DNA of 64,000 nucleotides from Octopus vulgaris (taxonomy: Eukaryota): positions 107,322,001-107,386,000 of the forward strand of contig OX597822.1 of NCBI GenBank assembly GCA_951406725.2, read 5' to 3'. This document shows positions 1 to 14,075 of the stretch, in pieces. The position numbers were made by a program, and so were the translations under genes. Below the pieces are notes generated by a model that worked only from the letters and a program-made list of their open reading frames with translations, did not search any database and was not told the origin of the DNA. How positions within the stretch are numbered: the stretch's first letter is position 1; each line of letters starts with the position of its first letter.

Positions 1-619
1 GTGTGACTGCATCCTAGGTGCAATCTATGTATATGGCAGTATTAAATATTTGAAAACCAGACTATTATAAGATCTCCAGAAAGATCCACAAACAGCTACG
101 TTGTATTCATAAATATTCATTAAATAGCTCCAATCATTTGAAGAAATTCATCTAGGATTAATTTCTTTAAATGTTACATTTGATGATCATTTCATACATC
201 TTAGTTTATTATTTATTTCATATCTTGATTTTTATTAAAAATATAAAACACAACAAAAAGTAAAACACCAGAAATATTGTTACAACAAAGAAGGTGTAAA
301 TAGTAACAGTTGTGTATGTTTTTTTAGAGTTTAGTGCATCCCAAAATATAATGTATTGACTATGTTTTGAGATTTACTAAACAACAAGAAGGTAATAAAT
401 AATCCGGAGTTTCCCCCTGATTGTCGTCTTTTCCCCAAGGTAAATAGACGACATCTAGAAAAAATAAATGAAGGATTAGTTCCAGGTTATACTTGTTCTC
501 AAAACCCTAAATAACTGAATAGTGTCCAAAACACCGAATAACAAAGAAATGTATCAAAGGATTTTCCCCACTATTTATATATATATACACACACACATAT
601 ATATATATCTATATATGTA

Positions 620-655
<36 letters not shown>

Positions 656-1374
656 CATCTATCTCTCTCTATATATATTTGTGTGGTGTGTGCGTAAATA
701 TATGTACTTACGCATGTATGTATACACACACATAAACACACACATATATATATATACACACACATACATATATGCATCCACACATACCTACATACATACA
801 TGCATACATACATTATTTTACTAACCAATACCAATTGGTTAATTAGTGAAGCTTCCTTATCCGAAATTAATTAATATTCTACATTTGTAATTAAATTATG
901 ATTAAACATATTCTCATTGATTTCATATTTATTGCAGATGTACAAATGAGAAAAATGTAATTATAATTTGATTTGTTAATTATTTTATTTATTAGTATTT
1001 AATTTTATTATTTTGTATAGGCGGAGTAATCCGCAATCATCTCCAATTATGTACTCTCGCATCCATTCAGACAGATAAAAATAAACTGTTTCGATTTCTC
1101 TGTACATACACTTCATGCACGGATGCACATTGCACACAAAGCCTTTTACGTCGTATAATTTTTTTATTAATAATTTCATTACATTACGATAATGTTTAAA
1201 AAGCTGTTTGATTACCTTTGGCCTAGTGTGATTATAGTTTCGTATTTTATAGTCTTTTCTACTGTAAGCACAAGGCCCGATTAGATTCACCCCTAGTACG
1301 CAACTGATATTTAATTTATCGACCCCGAAACAATAAAAGGCAAGGTCGACCTCGGCGGAATTTGATCTGTTATC

Positions 1375-1606
1375 CGTCACTTGTTTCAGTCATTAGACTG
1401 CGGCAATGCTGGGGCACTGCCTAGAAAAATTATTGTATTTTTTTAGACAAATGAATCGACCACAGCACTTGTTCGTTTTCTTTAAATCTGGTAATATTCT
1501 ATCGATCTCTTTACCGAACTGCTTATTACGGGGACGTGTAAAATACTTCACCGGTTGTCAAGCAGTAAAGTGGGCCAAACACTGACACAAATACACACAC
1601 ACACAC

Positions 1607-1654
<48 letters not shown>

Positions 1655-1744
1655 GTGTGTGTGTGTGTATTTGTGTCAGTGTTTGGCCCACATTACTGCT
1701 TGTATATATGTATATATATATATATATGTATGTATGTATATATA

Positions 1745-1818
<74 letters not shown>

Positions 1819-2002
1819 TACATATATATACACAAACACCCACGACGGGCTTCTTTCAGTTTCTGCCTACCAAATCCACTCACTTTGGGCGTCCCGAGAT
1901 TATAGTAGAACACATTTGACCAAGGTGCCACGCGGTGGACTGAATTCGAAGCCATGTGGTTCAGAAGCAAGATTCTTACCACGCAGACACGCTTGCTCCT
2001 AT
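1375..2002 (-). mobile_element. SINE family A copy (tRNA-like head, internal microsatellite, 3' body), diverged
   Basis: Reverse complement matches the recurring element seen intact at 3779-4250 and 59113-59531. Confidence 0.8.
1559..1702. repeat. Near-perfect inverted repeat (about 50-bp arms) around (TA)n inside a SINE
   Basis: caagcagtaaagtgggccaaacactgacacaaatacacac ... gtgtgtatttgtgtcagtgtttggcccacattactgcttg, one mismatch in the unique part. Confidence 0.9.
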
Positions 2003-2724
2003 GCCCATTATTGTAAAATTTAACCGATCTGTCTTACAGGCTGAGTGATTGCGCATATATACTCCTCCGCGAATAAGAACAGATTTTTTGAGGATTCGTT
2101 TTTCTCCTTATATACAGATTTGCCTGACGACTATATAAAATTACAGACGAAAATCTAGAATGACAAGAGACTGACTCGGCCTACGTCGCCCACACAGAAA
2201 ACACTCACATACATACACACACAAATAAGTATATACAAATATATAGACATGTATACGTAAGGATACACATGTACATATATATGAAACCATTACGTGGACT
2301 GGTATTGGTCATACCGAGTTAGATTGTCCACTTAGTTTCATAGTTGCATAAATCAATACTCCACTAATGAGTCGTAAATTTGACGAAACTGTTCCGTACA
2401 ATAAGGTTATGCGTATCATATCCAGTACCTTTGTTTTCTTTTACAATATAATTTAGTTTGACCTATCCATGAGTTTATCCTGTCTAGACGTATGTTATAT
2501 CTTATGTTCTTGTTAATTACATAATCTCTAAAGAAAGTTTGTGATTAATGCCATGTTCGAACTGACGAAAATGAACCCTAGTACTTCATCTAGTAAATTA
2601 GCACATATCACACACATTCACGCGCGCACACACACGCACCACAGACACATGTGCGCGCAGACACACACACGCACGAACACACATATATATCTACAGTGTA
2701 TACATATAAGTTTATGTATATAGA

Positions 2725-2760
<36 letters not shown>

Positions 2761-2768
2761 GTATTATA

Positions 2769-2809
<41 letters not shown>

Positions 2810-2823
2810 TTTATGTATATAGA

Positions 2824-2910
<87 letters not shown>

Positions 2911-3063
2911 ATATTATATAGAGGGTACTATTATTCATAGGTACCGCACGCTAGGAGGGACTCTTGCAGTCAAAACTACTAAAATAAAGAAATTGTACCG
3001 AATGCAAAACTTCAAAGCAAGTCATTTAAAAACAGAATTTAGTAACATATCACCTGTGATATG

Positions 3064-3100
<37 letters not shown>

Positions 3101-3778
3101 ACATACGCATAGAAATACAAACACACATTTATCGAAGGAAATATGCTGTAGAAGGACCATGTTGCCACAGAAAAGCCTGCTCGTTGACTATAAAACAAAT
3201 CAGATTTCGAAGAGTTAATGTGATCGTCTTGGGATTGAATCAATTTTATTACTTAATGATCGAAGTGGATAGCAGAACATTACATATAGATTCACACATA
3301 TACATAACCAAATACATACAAAGATATACAGATACATATCTATTCATATACTATAAAATATCTAAGTGCTGTTATCTGCTGATCAACAACCATTAACAAA
3401 CGCGCAGACACGTTTCTTATAAGTGTTATTCAATAATATAAACTGGAACTCTAGCCAGAAAATTAAATAGTTCTGACTGCTTTACACCGTAAATGTAAAT
3501 AGTAATATATGTAAATGAAAGCCTTGTATGTTGTTGGTGCTTAGCTCCTTAATCAAGAAGACTTATGGCAAAGACTGATGTTCCAGCTGTGAGCACACTA
3601 TCGATTTTTTTTTTTTCCAGATACGTCCTTATTTTAACATTCAGAGCAGGGTTCGAGAGAATTTCAACTGATGTTTCTTATTGGTTTGACTACTATACAG
3701 AGGCCTATTCGTTGTCACATTCACCGACAAAGTTGAATTTTGCAGTCGTTCGGCAAACCTTTATAGGAAGTGGTACTT

Positions 3779-4250
3779 AGGCGCAGGAGTGGCTGTCTGG
3801 TACGTAGCTTGCTAACCAACCACATGGTTCCGGGCAAGTGTCTTCTGCTATAGCCTCGGGCCGACCAATGCCTTGTCAGTGGATATGGTAGACGGAAACT
3901 GAAAGAAGCCTGTCGTATATATGTATATATTTCTTTATTCGAAGTATATATGTATATATTTCTTTATTCGAAGTTACCACGAATTTGTGAATCTAAAAGA
4001 AACCCGTCGTATATATGTTTATATGTATGTATGTTTGTGTGTCTGTGTTTGTCCCCCAACATCGCTTGACAACCGATGGTGGTGTGCTTATGTCCTCGTA
4101 ACTTAGCAGTTTGGGAAAACAGACCGATAGAATAAGTACTGGGCTTATAAAGAATAAGTCCCGGGGTCGATTTGCTCGACTAAAGGCGGTGCTCCAGCAT
4201 GGCCGCAGTCAAATGACTGAAACAAGTAAAAGAGTAAAAGAGTAAAGAGT
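3779..4250 (+). mobile_element. SINE family A
   Basis: aggcgcaggagtggctg head with a short internal deletion, internal TA/TG tract, body ending gtcaaatgactgaaacaa(gtaaaaga)n. Confidence 0.9.
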
Positions 4251-5097
4251 ATATAGACGGAGAAATTATTCATAGTTAAATGGATATTGTCACAGAAGCA
4301 TATTCAAAATGCCAAGTATTTTCTATTTCGCTCCAACCTCAGAACACGAACTAGAGGCAAGATAAGGATATTATTTTATAAATCAGAATATTCGCTTCCA
4401 TTCAGATAATGTACGTTGTACTCAGAAGAGAACCTTACCTATGTTTAATGACTTATTTTTTGTTTTAGTCCAAAGGAAATTTCGTTGGACAAGACTTTTA
4501 TTAAATGGACAGGCCAATGGTCAAATGTATTGCAATCTAGGATTATTCCAATCGTTGTGTCCCTCTGTTTTAATACAATACAGTAGGATTTCAAAAAAAT
4601 CTCGCTGATGTATCCCTTAGGTCAACAGAATCACTATATAAAGTAGTTATTGAATACGGTTCTCAGGTGCACAGCTTCCCAGAAAAGGTTAAAGAGTGGA
4701 CAGAAAAAGGATGTAAAAATCAAGGAAAGAAAGCCCATAACGAAAGCTGTCGTATCTAAATATTTAGTGCAGTCCACCATGCAATTATATTGCTAATATA
4801 AAGCAAGGAAAAGAGTGTTGCTAAAAGCCATTGGCGTCGCACAATCAATGTCTTATTATTTCAGAAGGAAAAAGATGTGTGCTTATAGTAATATCGAAAT
4901 TACATTGCAATGTTTTCGAGAGAAGATATCAAAAGTATATCTATACTTCTTAATAACGTAAACAACATGAGCTGAAAATAAAAATAAAAATGAAAGTAGT
5001 AGCCTTCGCCAGAAAACAGTTTAGTAAAAAAATAAATTAGTTATTTTTTTGTGTATTTGTGAGGAAGAGTACGGAACTCATAGTGTATGCAAGGAAG

Positions 5098-5173
<76 letters not shown>

Positions 5174-5323
5174 ATACACACACAGAGTCATACTTTGCTC
5201 ATCGTTAAAATCAGAGATACTAAATGATGATTTCTCTCAGTGACACAGCTCTTCCCACAGACACGTAATATAAAGATAAAAATGATACATATCGAACAGA
5301 CATATAACTGGGAAAATAACTTT

Positions 5324-5653
<330 letters not shown>

Positions 5654-6094
5654 CTACACAGATCTTCGAGCAGCCAGGAGCGTTTAGGTGCTAAATACAC
5701 AAATACTTACACAGACAGAAACAGATATGATTTGTTACTGAATATGAAACATTATTATTTTTTTTTTTTAGAATCGTAGGAGTTGCATTCTATAAGAGAC
5801 AACAATGGAACTTACGTCCTCATACAGACAACTTATATATTAACAAACGACACAAACACACGAGAGTGTATAAGATATTAATAAATAAATGTATTTATAT
5901 CCATACGTGGACATACAGATGATTGTATTACACATGCGCACACACATTCACGGGCACAGACACCAACGCTATTAATAGATTATGATTTCTGATTTCCTGT
6001 TTCCATTTACCGAAGTAAGGCAAACATATTCCCTCCCCCACGATCTGCCTGTCTGTCTGTCTTTCTGCCCGTCTGTCTATCTGTTTCTCTCGCT

Positions 6095-6335
6095 CTCTCT
6101 CCTTCCTTGGCGTATAGGCTCCCCACCTGGACGGGACGCCGGCACGTCGCAGGTGAGCTGCAAGATGCAAGTGGAAAGATTGAGAGAAAGTTGTGGCGAA
6201 AGATTCAGCAGAAGTTCGCCATTACCTTCTGTCGGAGCCGCGTGGAACTTAGGTGTTTTGCCCTGTCTGAGATTTGAACCCGTGATCCCTCGACTGCGAG
6301 TCCCCTGCTCTAACCACTAGGCCATGTGCCTCCAT
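6095..6335 (-). mobile_element. tRNA-derived SINE related to family C
   Basis: Reverse complement begins ggaggcacatggcctagtggttagagcaggggactcgcagtc (A box, tRNA-Arg-like arm) followed by a B box. Confidence 0.7.
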
Positions 6336-6407
6336 ACATATATATGTGTAAATGTATATAAATATATACACACACACGCACACGCGCACACACACACACA
6401 CACACAC

Positions 6408-6462
<55 letters not shown>

Positions 6463-6469
<7 letters not shown>

Positions 6470-6645
6470 AATTCATAAATAAGGGCAAACGAAAAAATTT
6501 CTTATGCCAATTATGCCGGCATATTTGGCATAAGAAATTTTTTCGTTTGCCCTTAATTATGAATTGTTTATAAATTTAACCTTTAAAGGTATTTTTTAAT
6601 ATGCTGGCCATTGATAAAATTTTTTTCGAAAAGAATTTTATCCTA
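6463..6645. repeat. Palindrome (6463-6572, centre tatgccggcata) attached to a short dispersed repeat end next to (TA)n
   Basis: Arms are near-perfect reverse complements; the aacctttaaaggtatttt...atgctggcca motif recurs at about 26810-26900 and, reversed, about 44020-44110. Confidence 0.8.
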
Positions 6646-7005
6646 CATATATATATATACATAGCGAGAGAGACACACAGAGAGGGGGTAAAACGGGAAG
6701 AAATAAAGAGGGAGAGAGGGAGAAAAAAGAGTATATATATATATATATGAATAGATAGTTTTCCATGTATAGGTTTTTCTTGCTACTATCATAGATATTG
6801 TAACGGTCAGTGCGTCGGTGAGTAAACCAGCAACCCAATCCAGTCTGCTTGCGAAGGAGGGTGGCTTTCGCTGGTCACCCAACAGGTCGAAGAAACAAAA
6901 CCTAGCACAAAGCCGATTAATGCAATAAAATTAACAGCCGTCCGTTCCAGCAGCTGTGATTGAGAGTGAATTAGGTCAAGTGGCACCAATAATATATAAA
7001 TATCT

Positions 7006-7225
7006 ATACTCTTTACTCTCTCTCTTTTACTTGTTTCAGTCATTTGACTGCGGCCACGCTGGAGCACCGTCTTTAGTCGAGAAACTCGACCCCGGGACTT
7101 ATTCTTTTTGTAAGCCCAGTACTTATTCTATCGGTCTCTTTTTGCCGAACCGCTAAGTGACGGGGACGTAAACACACCAGCATCGGTTGTCAAGCAATGC
7201 TAGAGGAACAAACACAGACACACAA

Positions 7226-7278
<53 letters not shown>

Positions 7279-7443
7279 CGACAGGCTTCTTTCAGTTTCC
7301 GTCTACCAAATCCACTCACAAGGCATTGGTCGGCCCGGGGCTATAGTAGAAGACACTTGCCCAAGATGCCACGCAGTGGGACTGAACCCGGAACCGTGTG
7401 CTTGGTTAGCAACCTACTTACCACACAGCCACTCCTGCGCCTA
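7006..7443 (-). mobile_element. SINE family A, full length and young
   Basis: Complete head to tail; flanked by a tatctat(a/g)ctc TSD-like repeat. Confidence 0.92.
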
Positions 7444-7728
7444 TCTATGCTCTTGGATTCCCATAAAAAAAAACATCCAATGTAAATCTGATATTTCTGT
7501 ATTCGAAGTAGAATATACACACAAACAAACACACGGTCACATCCATCCATCCATCCAACCATACATGCGTACATAGATACATAGTTACACACATACAAAC
7601 ATACTTATGTGAGAGAACACACACACATAATATATATATATATATACGCACATATTGATCGACCATGATTGACCACTAACTCCCAAATGTTTTTTTTTTA
7701 ATTCTCTCTCTGTTTATTTTCTCGAGCT

Positions 7729-7766
7729 TCTTTCTGTTGAAGAGCATAGGCTCGAAACGTATAAGA
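7729..7766 (+). ncRNA. Degenerate minimal hammerhead ribozyme motif in a Penelope-like remnant (about 7670-7860)
   Basis: tcttt-CTGTTGA-A-GAGC-atag-GCTC-GAAA-CGTA-taaga; core position A6 is mutated. Confidence 0.45.
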
Positions 7767-7871
7767 CTTTCTCACCCTCCCGGGCGTCAAACTGAAACAC
7801 CTGCTTATTGTTTATACACCTCTCTTCGTCTTTTGTTTTTCTGTAAATTTCAACTATATATATACATACAC

Positions 7872-7938
<67 letters not shown>

Positions 7939-8450
7939 CATACATACATACATACATACATACATACATACATACATACATACATACATACATACATACA
8001 TAGCTAGACAGACAGACAGGCAGGTATATAGATAGATAAATGGATAGGTAGGTGGATAGATAAATAACAAATATTGAAAACGAAGAGGTTATAATAATAC
8101 GAAAAGGTAAACGTAAGAAACCTTTATATATTGCACACACAACGGCCATCATGAAACGATTGGTTTGAAGAAGTATAGGTTTATGTAGATTCTGCTATGT
8201 TGATTCCCCGTACATCAATCAACACAGCAAGGTCTATATAAACTTATAGTTTTAAGCCGTTCATTTCTGATGATGCGCTATTGTGCTTGAAATATATAAA
8301 GGTTTCTTAACTTTCACTTTTAACATTGTTAGAAGCTTTTTCAGTAGTTCTATTGCTTTTATTTCACAATTTCAAGCTAATTACAACTACAATTACATTG
8401 GGAATAAAATACTTTTCCACCCTATCATTGACAGCCTCACTATATAAATA

Positions 8451-8681
8451 GGCGGCGAGCTGACAGAAACGTTAGCGCGCCGGGCGAAATGCTTAGCGGT
8501 ATTTCGTCTTCCGCTACGTTCTGAGTTCAAATTCCGCCGAGGTCGACTTTGCCTTTCATCCTTTCGGGGTCGATAAATAAAGTACCAGTTTCGCACTAGG
8601 GTCGATGTAATTGACTTAATCCCCTTGTGTGTCCTTGTTTGTCCCCTCTATGTTTAGCCCCTTGTGGGTAATAAAGAAATA
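8451..8681 (+). mobile_element. SINE family B, full length, long-tail variant
   Basis: ggcggcgagctgacag head, B box gagttcaaattcc, core gcctttcatcctttcggggtcgataaa, tail ccccttgtgggtaataaagaaa; TSD tatataaata at 8441-8450 and 8682-8691. Confidence 0.92.
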
Positions 8682-9545
8682 TATATAAATATGCATGTGT
8701 GCTTATTTTTTGTATGTATTTGTGTGTGTGTATGTGTGTGTAGTGGAGTGCATTTTTTAATTTTCAATCGCTTGAAATCTTCCTCCACAGAAAAAAGCTG
8801 TAACCATTAATGCTTTGAATGTATGTGGTACTTCCTTATGCAAACATTATATGCTAAAAAGCATACTAAATGTTTTTATAAGTCAGTACCACGCTCTAAT
8901 GCGTCAGCAGTGCTTCTTAGATTATTTTGTTAAGGTTATTTCTACAAATCTTCGAAGGAAATTCTAGCCAGTTCTGATTGTTACTCAGTTTTAAACAAAC
9001 AATGAGATAGTAGACAAAACAAGGGTAATGAATGTATATGCCATATTTCGGGGCCTGTTACCCCCTTAATCAGTACCCTTCTAATCCATTCTCGCTTCCG
9101 AACACATTGCTTGTATAGCCACCGCATAGAGCGGTGTTAAGTTATTGGATATACAAATATACATATTAGAGGCATTCGGAATGTAATTCACGAAAGCAAA
9201 TTCATATACTGAACAAGAAGGAAATGCTTGCATTTTTTTATGGTTCCGCTTACATAATGTATTCGTAATGCGCAAATTAGTTCGTTGATTTTCTCCCTTG
9301 AAAATGCTAGCATTTCTAGATTATCATTTGAGTGTATGCATATTTACATAAATACATATGTATATATATATATAGATCTACATAATTATGTATATACATA
9401 TGTCGACAAGAACATATAAGCTATATTGAAAATGTTATTCTGTGGTTTTAAAATATTTATTTCTTTAGTTTTCCATATTTTGTACATTTAACAGCTATTA
9501 AAATGGTAGTCGTAATACTTCATCTTCTTTCTTATTTATGTAACA

Positions 9546-9622
<77 letters not shown>

Positions 9623-9651
9623 CTTATATATATAAAAATATATATAAAACA

Positions 9652-9698
<47 letters not shown>

Positions 9699-10783
9699 CA
9701 ACTACATATATATATATAACGTTTCCAACGGAAAATTCACAAGAGCAGCTTCTCGACTCCCTGGGTTAACATTATTAGCGAAGCGCTGTGGCGCCGTGTG
9801 TGTGTGTGTGTGTGCGTGTGTGTATTCCTGAGTGCGTGTATGTTAGTAAATATTGTTTTCTTGAAAGTCTTTCTTTAACTATGTTTGTCATTGAGTCGAC
9901 GTAGCAAAAAAGACAAAATAACAATGCATTATGTCGAATATTATTTTTAAAATATGATAAATGCATAGTAAGCAATTTTGGTGAATTTAAATAAAGTAAA
10001 TAGATGAAACTCAAATAAAACAGTCGTTTTCAAAATAGCGGATCCGGATGTAAGTACGCTGCCATGTTGCATGGAAATATCGTTATTCTAGAACGGTTTT
10101 CACAAACGTTAGGAGGTTGGGTTTCCCGTTACTACTGATCCTGCTTTTTTTTCTCAGAAATTTAATGGCTAAATACATATGTGCATACACACACACACAC
10201 AAACACACACTCACACACACACATACATATATATATATGTGTGTGTGTGTATGTATATATGTATGTATGTGTGTGTGTATATATATCGCATACAAAAATA
10301 TATTTTATGTGTGTATATATATGTATATATTTCTCTTTCTCTCTATCTATCTCTCTGTCTGTCTATCTATCTATGTCTGTCGCTCTCTCTCTCAAATTCC
10401 TTTTTATCTATCTATCTATCATTCTATCCATCAAGCCCTTACACACACACTCTTATTCTTTCCCACATATATGTGTATGCACAGGTGGTCACACATACAC
10501 GCATGCACACACAAACAGCGGAATGGAAGAGAGGGAATATAGACACATAAATACTGGGAGAAGGAGAGAGAGACAGAGAGAAAGAGAGGGAGAGAGGGAG
10601 AGAGAGTGAGAGGAAGAAAGAAAGTGAGAGAGAGAGTCAAAGGGGGAGAGAAAAGGAAACAGAAAGACAGGTCCAATTTATAAAGTAGACTTATAAATAG
10701 ATTCCATTGCGTGTGTTTTAGTCTTCAGAAGCTTCCATTAATGAGATCAGCTCTGTCGGCTTCAGAACGCGCATGCGTTTGTT

Positions 10784-10785
<2 letters not shown>

Positions 10786-10815
<30 letters not shown>

Positions 10816-11033
10816 TGTATGTATGTATGTATGTATGTATGTATGTACGTCTGTATGTATGTATGTATGTATGTATGTATGTATGTATGTATGTAGGCAT
10901 GTATGTATGTATGTATGTATGTATGTATGTATGTACGTCTGTATATATGTATGTATGTATTTATGTATGTATGTATGTATGTATGTATGTATTTATGTAT
11001 GTATGTATATATGTATGTATGCATGTATGTATG

Positions 11034-11067
<34 letters not shown>

Positions 11068-11256
11068 TGTATGTCTGTATATATGTATGTATGTATTTAT
11101 ATATGTATGTATGTACGTCTGTATGTATGTATGTATGTATGTATGTATGTATGTATGTATATATGTATGTATGTATGTATTTATGTATGTATGTATATAT
11201 GTATGTATGTATTTATGCATGTATGTATATATGTATGTATGTATTTATGTATGTAT
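10786..11256 (+). repeat. (TATG)n imperfect tetranucleotide tract
   Basis: Seen directly. Confidence 0.97.
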
Positions 11257-11854
11257 GAATGCAGATGTGTCTATGTGGTGCTGGTGGGGGCGATCAAATA
11301 TTAATGCCGTTTATAATGGAAGAAAAGGCGCAAATTTCGTTAAATGCAGTTGAATTTTGAAACAAAAGAATTAAAAAAGTTAAGAAAAGCAAATGGTAAA
11401 AATCGAAGACAGATAAACGAAAAAACAAAGCAAACAAGAACAACAAACAAACTAAAAGATTGTAAAAATTAAAAATGAATGTTATTCAGTAAACAAAATT
11501 GAACAATCATAAGTAATCGATATTTGACTGTCTAATGGCTGTGTTCTAGAAAATGACCGAATTCCAAAGATATACATTGTGATGTGCAACACACAATACG
11601 AATGCAAACGAATACAAAGCTATATGATTATATCTCTAACGCAGACTATGTCAAAAGGGCCTCTATTTTGTTGCTGGTTTTGCTAGAAATAACAGGGAAT
11701 AGTTTTTAAACATGTGAAGTACATATAAGACAATAAAATTACTGGTACTTCTACATAACAGGGGTTGGTTATGGTAGCAGTGCTATTGGTGTTAAGACTA
11801 TGGTGTCTCTTTTCCTTCCTTGAGCTAAACAGTAGCAACAATAACAACAGCAAA

Positions 11855-11905
<51 letters not shown>

Positions 11906-11906
11906 C

Positions 11907-11937
<31 letters not shown>

Positions 11938-12027
11938 TCGCCACAAATATTACTACAGCTGCTGCTGCTGCCGCCACTACTACTACTACTACTACTGCTA
12001 CTACTACTACTACTACTGCTGCTGCTG

Positions 12028-12085
<58 letters not shown>

Positions 12086-12093
12086 TGCTGCTG

Positions 12094-12124
<31 letters not shown>
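11855..12124 (+). repeat. Compound (CTA)n/(CTG)n trinucleotide tract
   Basis: Seen directly. Confidence 0.95.
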
Positions 12125-12127
<3 letters not shown>

Positions 12128-12594
12128 ATCAACGACAACAACTGATTGAGCTTCATATTTGCTTCTTTTTTCCTTTGTCAGAACTGCTATTATAAAGCTT
12201 TTAAGTTCTTTGATTGGTTTCAGTCATTACCTGTAAGGCCATGCTGGAGCAAAATAGATCTTAAAATGAGGATTATTATCCGGTCCAGCTGTATGTCTCA
12301 TGAGACGAAGAATTTGGATCTGGAAAGTTCCTCTTTGAAAGTAAAGGCCTAGGGGATTTTGTTTGACCTTATATTGTTGCCCAACTATAATACAAGACCG
12401 CATGGAGATTTTGATACTCTGTGTCATCATTGTCGCGGAAGCAGAACTTAAAGAACTGGAACAAATACTCTAAGACAGTCCGTGCTGTAAAATGTGCTAT
12501 CGATTCATCCAATCTACGACCCTAATCACTACCTTAAATATCGATTGCTTATGGTTGTTCAATTTTGTTTACTGAATAACATTTATTTTTAATT

Positions 12595-12861
12595 GTCTGG
12601 GGAGAGTCATTTTCTTTTTGTGCCTTATTATTTAACACACTCACCGGTAAAATTTCCACTATTTTTCTTATTTTCATTGTCCTAAAATTTTTGTTGAGTC
12701 TTGCAACCTTTTCAATTGTTATATATACACACATAAACTATTGAAAATGTTGCAAGACTCAACAAAAATTTTAGGACAATAAAAATACGAAAACAAATGG
12801 AAATTTTACCGGTCAGTGTGTTAAATAATAAGGCACAAAAAGAAAATGACGCTCCCCAGAC
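12595..12861. mobile_element. Fold-back element with about 125-bp arms, probable Penelope-like terminal remnant
   Basis: Arms are reverse complements with scattered mismatches; each starts centrally with GAAA(a/g)-GTTGCA-agac, resembling the 3' half of the hammerheads at 21097 and 21699. Confidence 0.7.
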
Positions 12862-12990
12862 ACAACAGAATATGCTCCAACACACGAATCCATATAAAGA
12901 ATCTTGCAAACCAAATCCAAAAACGAAATTCGTTTTTAATTTTACAATCTTCGGCATATGTGTGCACACTCACACATTCATATATGTATG

Positions 12991-13045
<55 letters not shown>

Positions 13046-13686
13046 TTACTCATTTTACCCATCACACCTAAGAAGAAGTCAATATAAGCACGTGTTGGTC
13101 AATTAATTCTGATTGGTTAATGAAATTTTGAATTATTTTAGTTACTGTAGAGAGTTTCACGGAAACTGTATTTGTTCATAATCGTTTTGTAAACTTCTGG
13201 TGTCTGAATGTGTGTCTGAAAATAACAAACATTTATATACACGTGTACACGCGTACATAAATTTAATCATAGGTATACGTATACGCACATATACGCCTAT
13301 ACAGACACACACATATGTACACATGCACACATGTATATATATACATGCATATAAGGACATTCATACGTTATTTGCTCTTTTATTTCGTCTTTGGAGAATT
13401 ACTTGTCTTGTTAGACAAGGTGCATTTACAATACCCTCGGTTCATTAAGGCAAGAGGACTTTGAGATACCGTGGGATTTCGATCAGGTAATGTGCTTCCA
13501 GCCAAGGTTCCTCTTGATAAATGAATCTAAACTTTCACTGTTCGCTTTTGTTTATAGGAATGAGCAACATACAAGTATTTGTTGACACGCCATTACGTCT
13601 GTTAAACGGATAGTAAATCATTATGTGCGCGAGAATAACGTAAATCAAAATAATCATATTTATATTTATCATTAATACGTTCGAAA

Positions 13687-14075
13687 AGGCGGTGAGCTGG
13701 CAGAATCGTTAGCACGCCGGGCGAAATTCTTAGCGGAATTTCGTTTGCGGCTACGTTCTGAGGTCAAATTCCGCCGAGGTCGACTTTGCCTTTCCTCATT
13801 TCGGGGTCGATAAATTAAGTACTAGTTACGCACTGGGGTCGATATAATCGACTTAATCCGTTTTCTTGTCCTTGTTTTTCTCTTCTGTGTTTAGCCCCTT
13901 GTGGGTAGAAAAGAAATAGGTATTTCCTCTGCCGCTACCTTCTAAGTTCAAATTCCACCGAGGTCGACTTAGCTTTTCATCCTTTCGAGGTCGATGAAAT
14001 AAGTACCAGTTACGCACTGGAGTCAATGCAATTGACTAGACCCCTTGTCCCCACATTGGGCCTAGTGTAGAAATA
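13687..14075 (+). mobile_element. SINE family B partial dimer
   Basis: Full unit with the long tail followed by a 5'-truncated unit with the alternative tail. Confidence 0.88.

Noticed and set aside
2119-2170. CTGACGA...GAAA hammerhead-like words (also near 28700, 33835 and 58778)
   Set aside because: Stems I-III cannot be paired convincingly
4640-4960. Possible transposase helix-turn-helix remnant (KAIGVAQS)
   Set aside because: Too short and degenerate, with no TIRs
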